Shown one piece after another: positions 15,850-25,400 of a stretch of DNA of 39,650 bases (within the stretch, counting starts at the first letter, position 1; each line of letters opens with the position of its first letter). Below the pieces are notes generated by a model. That model made no database searches. It saw only the letters and a list, made by a program, of their open reading frames with translations, and had not been told where the DNA came from. The translations under genes were made by a program, and so were the position numbers. Origin of the DNA: a virus (lineage: Duplodnaviria; Caudoviricetes); IMG/VR virus record IMGVR_UViG_3300012910_000001, positions 1 to 39,650 of that record; one strand, 5' to 3'.

Positions 15850-18131
15850 ATGAGTATAACTACTACGTCTAACCTCGGTCCTATGATTTTGCAATCACTA
15901 GCTCCGGCGATGTTATACGTTCCTACGCCCACAATGAATTATATTACTATCTGCGACAAAGTTTCTATGCCAGCAAATGGCGGAACTACTTGCAGATTTA
16001 TGCGCCCACGTGCGTTAACACCACCTACTGTCCAATTGGGCAATTCCGGAATTGATCCTCCGGCCCAAGTGCCTCAGAGGGATATTATAGACGCGCAAAT
16101 GGCGTTTTTCGGTGAATTGGCTCTTGCAGCCTAACCAGTGCCGAAACTATTGATGATCCTGGGTTACCTGTTCATAAGGGATTACCCAGTAGACTGGATG
16201 TATCATCAATGAGCAGGTTTTTGAAGAATGGCCTGCTATAAATCTGCTCTAATTGACTTGGAACCCCTCATTACCTGAGGGCAACAAGGGGCAAGTGTTT
16301 AATTGTTATTAAAAGTATGGTTTCTACAGTGAAGTTTTTTAAGTTGATCCATCAAACTCAATCGTTGATCAATAATTTCTTGCGATATGCGTTGTACACC
16401 TTGTTTTCCTGGCTGATACTCGGAACAAAAATATGTACTTCTCATTTTCAAAAGAATCATTGCTTGTTCCTTCTTGATAACAAGATAAGGAATCATGAGT
16501 TCACAAAGATGGGTCAAGCAATCACCTGTGCATTTCCAACTATAGACTGGACCTTTACAATTTATAGCGCGTTGTTTAGGCGTATATTCGCTTTTCCAAC
16601 CGCCAAAATTAGTATAAAGCCAATCTGTGAGGCATTTATCAGTTGTAGTAATACCTATAATGGTTTGAAAAAAACCTGTTCCTCGGATTTTATCTTTATT
16701 ACCATAATTTCCGATAAACAGAGTTCCTTCGCCATCAATAATGCCAGCAAGATATGCAATTTGGCCCACTGTGTAATCAACTCGTGTATATTTACTTTTC
16801 GACATAAAAACTCCTATGTTTAATGTCAGTGTAATTCTACATGATTAACAATTAAATGTACAGCCTGAACGACTAAGGCGAGTGGACACAGTAATGTGAA
16901 GCGATAGTCTGATCTGCAACTATATACGAAATTGCAGAGACATACAGAAATGATATGTCCTCACAATAACATGTGGAGTAACAAAAGTGTATACTTCAGG
17001 ATCAAGAAGGTGTTTTAGCTTGGGTATCTGAACGCTTGGCTGCTTAAGCTACGGCCAAGAGTCTTGACGATGAAATGGTAGCAATGCGTCAAGCCGAGGA
17101 TTGAGATTAAGTCCTCGATAAACTGAACCTGATTGACTTGGAAGGCTAAGGTTTATATAAACTATGCCGACAAGGGGCAAGATGATGAAAATAGAGTTTA
17201 CTAATTTTAACTGTGTAGAATGTGGTGAAGAAAGCCCGTTCGCAGTTATGAAAGTTCCATTTAAATGCAAATGCAAATGCGGATTTGCAACATTGGATAA
17301 AAAACTGTTTAAGGGAAGTGAATACCCCGATAGTTTGAAGAAATTCTATGATAAGTTTAATCAGCCTGAGAGACTGAGTGGTTTAGAGTCAGAAATGACT
17401 ATGCGACAGTCCGAACCAGACAACGAAAGGTCTGGAGTTTAGTAGAAATGCTAAACCGCCAATAATTGACCGAAAAATAGACCGCGGTCATTTAATGGTC
17501 ATAAAGTAACAGAGTGTTAATTCTCAGAGACTACATTGTATCTGCTGCTTCGCAAATTAATGCTGGTGGTGGGTCAAATGGCTTTAATCCAACAAACTTA
17601 GGTTTGACGGACTTTAGCCTTGTAGCAACGACTCTTGATACTAACAATGCCTATAAGTTCATGTCAGGTATTGAAGGTATGGATCGTTTTGGTACAGGCC
17701 CTATAAGAAGCGCATATTTCATGCTAAGCTCAACAGAGCTTCAGTCTGATTTTGATGCTTTAGTTGGTCAAGGTGTATTAAACAACTGGAACTATCCGTC
17801 CAATGCGTCAGCATTGCCATCGGAATGGGGCTCAGTTTATAATTTACGTATTTTAACAAGCTCTGAGGCTCCAGTAGCACGTAATGCTGCTATTAATAAC
17901 CTTGGTCAGTTGAATGACGTTTATTACAACACCGTTTTAGGAAAGCAAGCGATTACGCATATCAAGCAAGATGGTTATTCCATGAACTTGATTTATCGTG
18001 ATCCTTACTATTCAGGCATGTTAGCTCAAAATGCGACTTTAGCGGTTAAATTCGCTCAAGCACAAGCGCTGACACAAGATACGGCTATCCGTAATCTTTT
18101 ATCAACACGCTTAAGCAACTTGGGGGTATAA
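15850..18131 (+). CDS. Major capsid protein (N4-gp56-like), 5 exons: 15850-16113, 16193-16218, 16990-17041, 17078-17101, 17517-18131; 326 aa after splicing
   Basis: Joined exons total 981 nt and give one frame: ...AQMAFFG|TGCIINEQV|ILQDQEGVLAWVSERLA|VAMRQAED|LILRDYIV...EWGSVYNLRIL...DPY...ATLAVK. Every junction has exon-U/intron-G ends and an internal guide sequence. Confidence 0.88.
16114..16192 (+). other. Core-less mini-intron 1 (79 nt)
   Basis: IGS CCAGT-G-CCGAAA (16135-16146) is complementary to the ligated junction TTTCGGT|ACTGG. Ends in G; contains an in-frame TAA and breaks the frame. Confidence 0.8.
16219..16989 (+). mobile_element. Group I intron A (771 nt) carrying an antisense LAGLIDADG gene
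   Basis: P1 AGCAGGT/GCCTGCT with U.G; P3 TCTGCTC(16243)/GAGTGGA(16880); P7 GACTA(16871)/TAGTC(16905); terminal G16989; P10 TGAAG/CTTCA. Confidence 0.9.
16299..16805 (-). CDS. Single-motif LAGLIDADG homing endonuclease
   Basis: IAYLAGIIDGEG motif and the typical PYLVIKKEQA C-terminal motif; own AGGAG RBS. Confidence 0.9.
   Translation of the reverse strand: MSKSKYTRVDYTVGQIAYLAGIIDGEGTLFIGNYGNKDKIRGTGFFQTIIGITTTDKCLTDWLYTNFGGWKSEYTPKQRAINCKGPVYSWKCTGDCLTHLCELMIPYLVIKKEQAMILLKMRSTYFCSEYQPGKQGVQRISQEIIDQRLSLMDQLKKLHCRNHTFNNN
17042..17077 (+). other. Core-less mini-intron 2 (36 nt)
   Basis: IGS GCTAC-G-GCCAAG (17048-17059) is complementary to the ligated junction CTTGGCT|GTAGC. Ends in G; in-frame TAA at 17045. 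Confidence 0.8.
17102..17516 (+). mobile_element. Group I intron B (415 nt)
   Basis: P1 CGAGGAT/GTCCTCG; P3 CTGAACC(17123)/GGTTTAG(17380); P7 GACTG(17372)/CAGTC(17407). Shares ATTGACTTGGAA, ACAAGGGGCAAG, CAGCCTGA and GTAACA..AGTG with intron A; terminal G17516. Confidence 0.9.
17182..17442 (+). CDS. Small intron-encoded Cys-rich ORF (zinc-ribbon-like)
   Basis: CVECG...CKCKCG; AAGGGG lies just upstream; the frame runs on into the intron core. Confidence 0.4.
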   Translation: MMKIEFTNFNCVECGEESPFAVMKVPFKCKCKCGFATLDKKLFKGSEYPDSLKKFYDKFNQPERLSGLESEMTMRQSEPDNERSGV

Positions 18132-18132
18132 G

Positions 18133-19266
18133 ATGACTGAATATAATAAAATGGCTAGAGGTAGTTTTACATCTACAGGAATGGCGGAAATTATTAAGTT
18201 GCCGTTCAGGCCTGACTATGTAGAATTTTTTAATTATACCTTGGCTAATACTGCGGCTACATCTCAGAATGTTATTTCTGGAAAATGGCAGTACCCAATG
18301 GCGCAAGGATCTGCTGTAATTCAAGGTTATAATGCTACTCCTGCACTTATCTATGATACAGTGACAACAGGTGGTATTAGTACTTTTTCAGCTGGGCAGA
18401 TGCTTCAGTATGGACCTACATTTGTGGTATCAGATATTACAAAAGCAAATCCTGCTTCTGTAACAACAACCACAAATCACGGTTTAAAGAGTGGAGATGT
18501 GGTTATTCTTGAAGGTTTGTTTGAAACAACAACTACAGGGATGCCTCAAATTAATGGTATTCCTTTCACTGTAACTGTAACAGGTCTCACAACCTTTACA
18601 ATTCCTTGGAATACAAACCAATCTAACTATACTGTTATTAGTGGTGCTGCGACAGGTACACCTAGGATGAAGCAAGTTCTTTATCCGTTCTTGTATTTTC
18701 CTGGTACTACTTTCATTAGTAATATTACACTTGGAACAACTACAACAATCGATACAACAGATGCTCATAATTTTGTCGTAGGACAACAGGTAGCATTCCG
18801 TATTCCATCTCAATGGGGTACAGTTGAATTGAATTCATTACCAAATATTGTTACGCCTGGATCTCCGATCTATGCTTATGTGATTGCGGTAACGGATTAC
18901 AACACTGTAGTTGTTAACTTTGATTCATCTGCATATACAGCATTCAATAGCAATCAAACTGTTGCGAGCGTCCCAGGACTCTCATATCCTCAGATTGTTG
19001 CAGTTGGTGATGTAAACACGGGTGGTGTTCAAGTTTCAGCAAATTCCGCTTTGTATCCACCTCCTTATTTTGTTCCAATTGGAACAACGAGAGTAAATAC
19101 AATCAACGGACCTGCAATTCAAGGTGCATTTGTAAATAATACAAGCCAAGGTTTCATTATTGGAGCTGGTGTAGGCACTGTTCTAACAACAGGAGAACTT
19201 GTTGGAGCAGAAGGAAATGTTATTTATTGGAGAGCCCTCTATCATGATATAGGCATTCCGAACTAG
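18133..19266 (+). CDS. Virion structural protein (possible capsid decoration) with FCCH-like beta domains
   Basis: Directly after the capsid gene; ITKANPASVTTTTNHGL..GDVV..GMPQING pattern. Confidence 0.7.
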   Translation: MTEYNKMARGSFTSTGMAEIIKLPFRPDYVEFFNYTLANTAATSQNVISGKWQYPMAQGSAVIQGYNATPALIYDTVTTGGISTFSAGQMLQYGPTFVVSDITKANPASVTTTTNHGLKSGDVVILEGLFETTTTGMPQINGIPFTVTVTGLTTFTIPWNTNQSNYTVISGAATGTPRMKQVLYPFLYFPGTTFISNITLGTTTTIDTTDAHNFVVGQQVAFRIPSQWGTVELNSLPNIVTPGSPIYAYVIAVTDYNTVVVNFDSSAYTAFNSNQTVASVPGLSYPQIVAVGDVNTGGVQVSANSALYPPPYFVPIGTTRVNTINGPAIQGAFVNNTSQGFIIGAGVGTVLTTGELVGAEGNVIYWRALYHDIGIPN

Positions 19267-19305
19267 TAATTTCAAGTTGTATTAAATAATTTAATATATC
19301 ATCTT

Positions 19306-19332
19306 AGGGTGGGGACAATAAGTCCCTACCCT
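19306..19332 (+). promoter_or_regulatory. GC-rich stem-loop after the capsid/decoration genes
   Basis: AGGGTGGGGAC-aataa-GTCCCTACCCT, 11-bp stem with no clear U tract; may be a partial terminator or mRNA stabiliser. Confidence 0.5.
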
Positions 19333-19343
19333 TATAGGTTATT

Positions 19344-19775
19344 ATGACAGCTCTCCCAGGTGTAATTAGTTTTCCAATTCCTCTTTATCAAAACGTAGAA
19401 ATTCACACCGAATATTATCAACCCCGACGTTTTGTTATAGAAGATATAGATCTTGGACTAACAACTTTAGTCACTACTACAGAAGATCATGACTATGTAA
19501 TTGGACAACTAATTCGTCTCATTATCCCAGCTCAATTTGGATCTTATCAGCTGAATGAAGTTGAAGGTTACGTTATTTCTATTCCTAATTTGGATGAAGT
19601 GGAAGTGGATATTGATTCATTAAGAAATGTAGATCCTTTTATTTCTGCTACAGTCACAACAGCAGCTCCACAAATATTAGCAATAGGGGATATCAACACG
19701 GGCGCAATAAACTCTAACGGTAGAAGAGATAACATTACTTATATCCCTGGAAGCTTTATCAACATTTCCCCCTAA
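19344..19775 (+). CDS. Virion protein, paralogous to the C-terminal domain of 18133..19266
   Basis: I.LG.TT...TT..H..V.GQ....IP.Q.G...LN and PQI.A.GD.NTG are shared between the two. Confidence 0.7.
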   Translation: MTALPGVISFPIPLYQNVEIHTEYYQPRRFVIEDIDLGLTTLVTTTEDHDYVIGQLIRLIIPAQFGSYQLNEVEGYVISIPNLDEVEVDIDSLRNVDPFISATVTTAAPQILAIGDINTGAINSNGRRDNITYIPGSFINISP

Positions 19776-19840
19776 TAGTTCTAGACTTTTGTTAAAATTC
19801 AGACTATAAATAAAATTAAATTTTAAGTTATAGGTGAAAC

Positions 19841-20416
19841 ATGGTCGAAAAACCCAAACCCACAAGCTCACTTGCAGAAAAAGAATTAGACAAAGCAGAA
19901 GCACAGTTTAAAGAGTTTGATGAAAATGTAAGGTCGTTAACTCTTGACCGCATGAATAAGGCTCCCAATTCTGATAGAGAAATGCAGACTACTATGTCGC
20001 AGAATCAATTAGCTAAATCTACAGATGTTTATCTAAAACCTCATACATCTATTGGATCTCAAGAAAAGTTTAATGAAAATTATAGAAAAGAATATGAATA
20101 CGCAAAAGAATATGTAAATTTCATTGCAGAAAACAAGATGATCATCGGTGAAATCATCGAGATGTGGACAAAACCCTTTCCTGGTCTTCCGGCCCAATTT
20201 TGGAAAATTCCAGTTAATAAACCTATTTGGGCACCTCGTTATGTAGCAGAACAAATTAAGCGTGCAAAATATCATATCCTAAGCATGAGAGATACAGTCA
20301 CAGCAGGAGCTGATCAAATGGGCCAATACTTTGGAACTATGGCAGTAGATAGCACAATACAACGACTAGATGCTCATCCTATTGGTGGATCTAAATCTAT
20401 CTTCATGGGCGCATAA
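19841..20416 (+). CDS. Hypothetical morphogenesis-region protein
   Basis: AGGTG RBS; 191 aa. Confidence 0.75.
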   Translation: MVEKPKPTSSLAEKELDKAEAQFKEFDENVRSLTLDRMNKAPNSDREMQTTMSQNQLAKSTDVYLKPHTSIGSQEKFNENYRKEYEYAKEYVNFIAENKMIIGEIIEMWTKPFPGLPAQFWKIPVNKPIWAPRYVAEQIKRAKYHILSMRDTVTAGADQMGQYFGTMAVDSTIQRLDAHPIGGSKSIFMGA

Positions 20417-20453
20417 ATGCATGATGTAAAGCGGCTTTACATTGGGGTGACTT

Positions 20454-21893
20454 ATTAATCTTTTAGACGATGTAATCACTTATGTTAGACGGTTAATTAA
20501 AACTCCGTCTAACTCCTCAATAACAGATGAATTGTTGATAGACTATATCAATAGATTTACCATGGAAGTTCAGCTTCGTATTCAGTTATTTGATTTTAAA
20601 ACTAAGTATCAGTTTCAAACTCAGCCTGGTGTCGATCAGTACAACATGCCCTTGTATTCCATACAAACTTCCCCGACAGGAAGTAATCAACAAGTTTATA
20701 TGTATCCCGTTTATCAGGGGTTTGTTGGTCCGGCTTATATCGGAGGAGTACAAGTTCATTTAGAAACTCAGAAAGATAAATTTTTTGCAGTATGGCCTAA
20801 AATTGTGCAACAAAGTTTTGTTGTGGCTCAAGGTGATGGAACAGCAGGCCCATATACATTGCAGATTCCTTTCATAGGACCGCAAACAAACCCTCCAAAT
20901 CCACCATTTAATGCCATTTTAAGAGGTCATGTTGATATTACGGGGATTATATCTACTGGTGTCAATGTAGATCCTCCTTTAGCTACTACGATTAATAATT
21001 TCATTCCTGAGATTCAAACCACAAGCGTGGATTCAGCTGTATATTTTACATCAATTGATGCAACAGGAAGTAATGTAATCGTGGCAGATAGTGGAGAATT
21101 CCTGAATACCAACGTGAATTTGGGATTATTAATGAAACCCGGTAAAGCTCCTTATGGAAATACGGAACTACCTGGAGGATATGGTTCATTAGTAACTATA
21201 ACCGGAATAACACAAGCCGTCCAAGCTGTTATAACGGCAAATAATACATTCATAGTCGGGCAGTTAATAGAGATTAATAATGTATTGGGTATGACTCAGT
21301 TAAACGGTAATACTTATTCTATTGTTAACGTCACTCCCACCACAATAACCATTAATGTAGATTCGACAGCTTTTGGAGCTTATGTTTCAGGTGGAACAAT
21401 ATCTGGTCCAAATTCAGCTTCAACACAACCTAATATGATTAATTATCTTACAGGTGAAGCAAATGTTACATTTCCAACAGCAATACCTGTAGGAAATAAT
21501 ATCAATGCACAATGTTATTTCTTTCAAACAGGATTGCCAAGGGCTGTTTTATTCTACAATAATGTTTTAACCCTACGGAGTCCACCAGCTCAAAGCTATT
21601 TAGTCGAGCTAGATGCTTATTTAACTCCTGCTGCTTATCTTACTTCTGAATCTGCACTTCCTTTTGGTTATATGGCTGAATATTTATCACTTGGAGCAGC
21701 AAGAAAGATACTTTCAGATACAGGAGATGCTGAGCTACTAGCTTTTTATGAACCAAGATTTAGAGAACAAGAAGCATTAGTTCATATACGTAGTCAAAGA
21801 CAATGGACAGCTACAAGAACTCATACGATTTATAGTATGGGACATGGATCTCATTTGAACGGAATTAACAATTTAGGCGGAAGCGCTTACTAG
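20454..21893 (+). CDS. Putative head-tail adaptor / tail tubular protein, probable ATT start
   Basis: The frame extends upstream of the tracked start to ATT 20454 (xNLLDDVITYVRRLIK...), after GGGGTG. Helical N- and C-termini flank beta inserts. Confidence 0.6.
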   Translation: MNLLDDVITYVRRLIKTPSNSSITDELLIDYINRFTMEVQLRIQLFDFKTKYQFQTQPGVDQYNMPLYSIQTSPTGSNQQVYMYPVYQGFVGPAYIGGVQVHLETQKDKFFAVWPKIVQQSFVVAQGDGTAGPYTLQIPFIGPQTNPPNPPFNAILRGHVDITGIISTGVNVDPPLATTINNFIPEIQTTSVDSAVYFTSIDATGSNVIVADSGEFLNTNVNLGLLMKPGKAPYGNTELPGGYGSLVTITGITQAVQAVITANNTFIVGQLIEINNVLGMTQLNGNTYSIVNVTPTTITINVDSTAFGAYVSGGTISGPNSASTQPNMINYLTGEANVTFPTAIPVGNNINAQCYFFQTGLPRAVLFYNNVLTLRSPPAQSYLVELDAYLTPAAYLTSESALPFGYMAEYLSLGAARKILSDTGDAELLAFYEPRFREQEALVHIRSQRQWTATRTHTIYSMGHGSHLNGINNLGGSAY

Positions 21894-21900
21894 GAGGATA

Positions 21901-22491
21901 ATGCCTAATTTTACTTACATAACAGGAATTCCAGCCGCTTCTCATAATCCATCTACTGATCAGCCTGATATGCAAATCAACACCAATTCTATAGATGACA
22001 TCATTGAAGTGGATCACTACAGTTTTAACGATAATAATGGTGGTTATCACAAAAAAGTTTCTTTAGTTAATAATGCTGGCCCTTTTCCTACTCCTGGAGG
22101 TGTTGGTAGTGTTTTATATGGTTCTGGTAATGAGTGGATTTTTACTACTGCTGCACTTGCGGGAGCAGGTATTCAAATGACTTTAGGAACAAAACCTCCA
22201 ATTGCATTGCCTAGAGGAAGCACATTTTTACCAGGAGGACTTCTTTTACAATGGGGAAGTGGAGCAACGGCAGCTGGAGTTTTTAACGACACGTACACAT
22301 ATCCAATGACTACTACTTTTGGGATATTTTCAGGTGTTCAATCAGGAACAGGAACAACTATTACAAATGCATCGATTTTAACAGGTGGACCTCCTCCCTA
22401 TTCTAATGTGTCTGTTATAGCTAAATTTACTAATGGGAGTTTTGTTACTAATGGAACAATAGTATATTGGTTAGCAGTAGGGCAACCTTAA
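21901..22491 (+). CDS. Tail fibre-related protein
   Basis: LPGGLLLQWG...YWLAVG motif common in phage fibre C-terminal domains; AGGAGG RBS. Confidence 0.65.
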   Translation: MPNFTYITGIPAASHNPSTDQPDMQINTNSIDDIIEVDHYSFNDNNGGYHKKVSLVNNAGPFPTPGGVGSVLYGSGNEWIFTTAALAGAGIQMTLGTKPPIALPRGSTFLPGGLLLQWGSGATAAGVFNDTYTYPMTTTFGIFSGVQSGTGTTITNASILTGGPPPYSNVSVIAKFTNGSFVTNGTIVYWLAVGQP

Positions 22492-25400
22492 TGACAACCA
22501 AGCTCATTGTTGGTCCTATAGATAAGGGTTACACCACTAACCGCCTGGCATTCAATATCGACAATGATGCTTTTCCAGTTCTTAAGAATGCTTATCAATG
22601 GCGAGGAAGAATCAAAAGAAAAAGGGGAACTGAATTTCTTAATAGATTAACTCGATATATCAATTCCATTATTTCAGCATATGCAACATCAGTTTCGACT
22701 ATTACCTTAAATGGATCTGGAGAAGGCAATTTAATTACTGGATTTGGCCTACAGACAAATTCTAGCATTGTTCCTGGATCAGTGACAATAACAGCCCCTG
22801 GTCCTACTTTATATACTGATCCCGATATGGACGGTACACTCTCTCCAAGTGGGACTATTAATTACTCAAATGGAGATATAGTTATATTAGCTGAATCTGG
22901 GAATTCTATATCTGTCATATTAAAATACTATCCTACATTGCCTGTTATGGGTCTTGAGGATTTCATTTTAAGAACAGAAGAGTTTCCATTTACCATTGGT
23001 TTTGACACAAGATATGCTTACAATATTTTGCCTGTATTTCCCTATTCGGTTTATGACATAAGTTTTTATAAAAATCCCGCTGTAGATGCGGTCAATCTTC
23101 CTGGATATGTTGCTAAAACAGTATGGACACCTTTAACATGGAATGGACAAGATTATCAGCAGTTTTGGACGACTAATTATGAAGGTGCCTTTTGGGCCAC
23201 TAACGGGGTAGAAGTTCCTTTTGATCCTACTAATGTTGGAATGCAATATAAATTTATTACCGGAATAACGATAGATCAAGCAGGTAATGGAGTTTATGGA
23301 GTGGGAAATGTACCGGCTCTTGCAACATTAACAATAGTGGGTCATGGGTTAGTCGTTGGAGATTTTGTTTTTATAAACGAAGTTTTTTTTGATCCTGTAA
23401 CTGTTACGGGGATTGATGGTATTAATTTTCAAACTGGTTATGTAGTTGTAGTGGTAGATGCCAATACTGTTCAAGTGGAATTTCCTTTTGCCATACTTAC
23501 AGGAATTTACGTTTCAGGTGGGATTGCCCAATATTTAACCAGTAGATCGGATGTTACAAAAGATAACATTCGTTGGTATGATGGAGATCCTACAAATGGC
23601 AGTATATTAGCCCCAGGATTTTCTCTAGGTAAGGGATGGGTTAATTTTATGCCACCTTTGTCTCAATTTGCATTTAGTGTAGGTGATGCGCCTCTTGGTG
23701 TTTATTATTTAGTCGGCGCTAAAATGTTAACTCAATTTAAAGATCGTCTTGTTGTTTTTGGACCTGTGATTCAAACATCAGCAGCAGGGAGCCAGATATA
23801 CCTTGAAGATACAATTATTTATAGCCAAAATGGTACACCTTTTTACACTGCATCTTTTACGGATGATCCAGTATCTGCCAATACTGTTTTCCATCCTATT
23901 TTAGTTCCGGTGAATCAGATTGCATCAGCTCCTTCTTGGTTTGAAGATCAAACGGGATTTGGAGGTTTTATTGATTCAGGACTTGATGAATCGATCAATA
24001 CCATTGGAACTAATGAAGATGTACTTGTTTTAGGATTTGATACCAATCAAGTTAGAATGGTGTATACAGGTAATGACATTGTCCCTTTCAATCTTTTTAT
24101 TGTTAACTCTGAACTTGGAGCCACTAGCACATTTTCAGTAATTAGTATGGACCAGGGGATTTTGACACGAGGAAATCGGGGATATACGATAACGAGTCAA
24201 ACAGCTTCTCAAAGAATTGACTTAGATAATCCCGATCAAGTTTTTGAAGTTGCTAATCAAAATAACGGAACAGAAAGATTTACAGCATCTAGGGATTTCA
24301 TTAATGAATGGGTTTACTTTACCTATCCATCTAATCAAGAAGATGCCACCCAATACAGATTTCCTACAGAAACTTTTCAGTATAATTACCGTGATAATAC
24401 ATGGGCAATATTCAAAGAGAGTTTTACAACTTATGGAGCTTTTAGATTTCAAACAGGATTTACATGGGCAACGGTTGGGTTAGAATATCCTACTTGGTCA
24501 GTTTGGAATGATCCTTGGGATGCTGGAAACTCAACATTGCTCCAACAAACAGTTATTGCAGGAAATCAGCAAGGATTTCTATTTATAAGAGCGGTAGGAA
24601 CAGGAGAAGGGCCATCATTAGCTATACAGAATATAGTTGGAAGTATTGTTACATCACCTGATCACTGCTTAGATAATAATGATTTTATTGTTATTTCAGG
24701 TGTTCTTGGTACGATAGGTCAAGATGTGAATGGTAAGATATTCCAAGTTCAAAATCCTTCTCTCAATTCATTTACTTTAAAACCTTCGATAGTAGGAACT
24801 GGGACATATTTAGGAGGAGGAACAATTACTCGTCTCTATATTCCATTTATTCAAAGTAAGCAATTTCCTGTAGCATGGGCATTGGCTAAGAAAACAAGAA
24901 TTGGAGTTCAGCAATATTTACTTACATTCACTCCTAATGCTCAGATTACTTTATATATCTATCTCAGTACTGCGGATGAGACCCCATTTAATTTTGGTGA
25001 AATTGTTCCTGCGATTGAACCTGAAAATAATGGACTCATATACAGTTCTGTTTTACTGACATGTCCAGAAAGCACGAATCTAGGGCTAACTCCTGCGAAT
25101 ACCAACCTACAACAGCTTAATTTAATTGGGTCGAATGGATCGTCGCAAAATCCACAAAAACAGATCTGGCATAGAATAAATACCTCTCTTATAGGAGATG
25201 TAGTTCAGGTTGGGTTTACTATTTCACCTGAGCAGATGAGTTCGTTTGAATCTGCTGGGCCATCATTTGCAATAACTGGAGCTTCCCAATCTACTTCAGC
25301 TGTTATATTGACTACTGCAAAATTTGGTGAGAATACTATGGTTAAAATCACTGGTGTAATGGGAATGACAGAACTTAACTTCCAAAGTAACCTTTATAAT

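Noticed and set aside
16317-16823. 168-aa plus-strand ORF inside intron A
   Set aside because: It is the antisense shadow of the LAGLIDADG gene and has no motifs of its own.
16114-17077. Mini-inserts as translational bypass (T4 gene 60-type hops), inteins or assembly errors
   Set aside because: There are no matched take-off and landing codons. Internal stops exclude inteins. Perfect junction-complementary guide sequences with U.G pairs and terminal G would not arise from errors.
15850-18131. Capsid gene as a pseudogene or as two separate genes (94 aa + 205 aa)
   Set aside because: Precise removal of four U|...G-bounded inserts restores one continuous frame.
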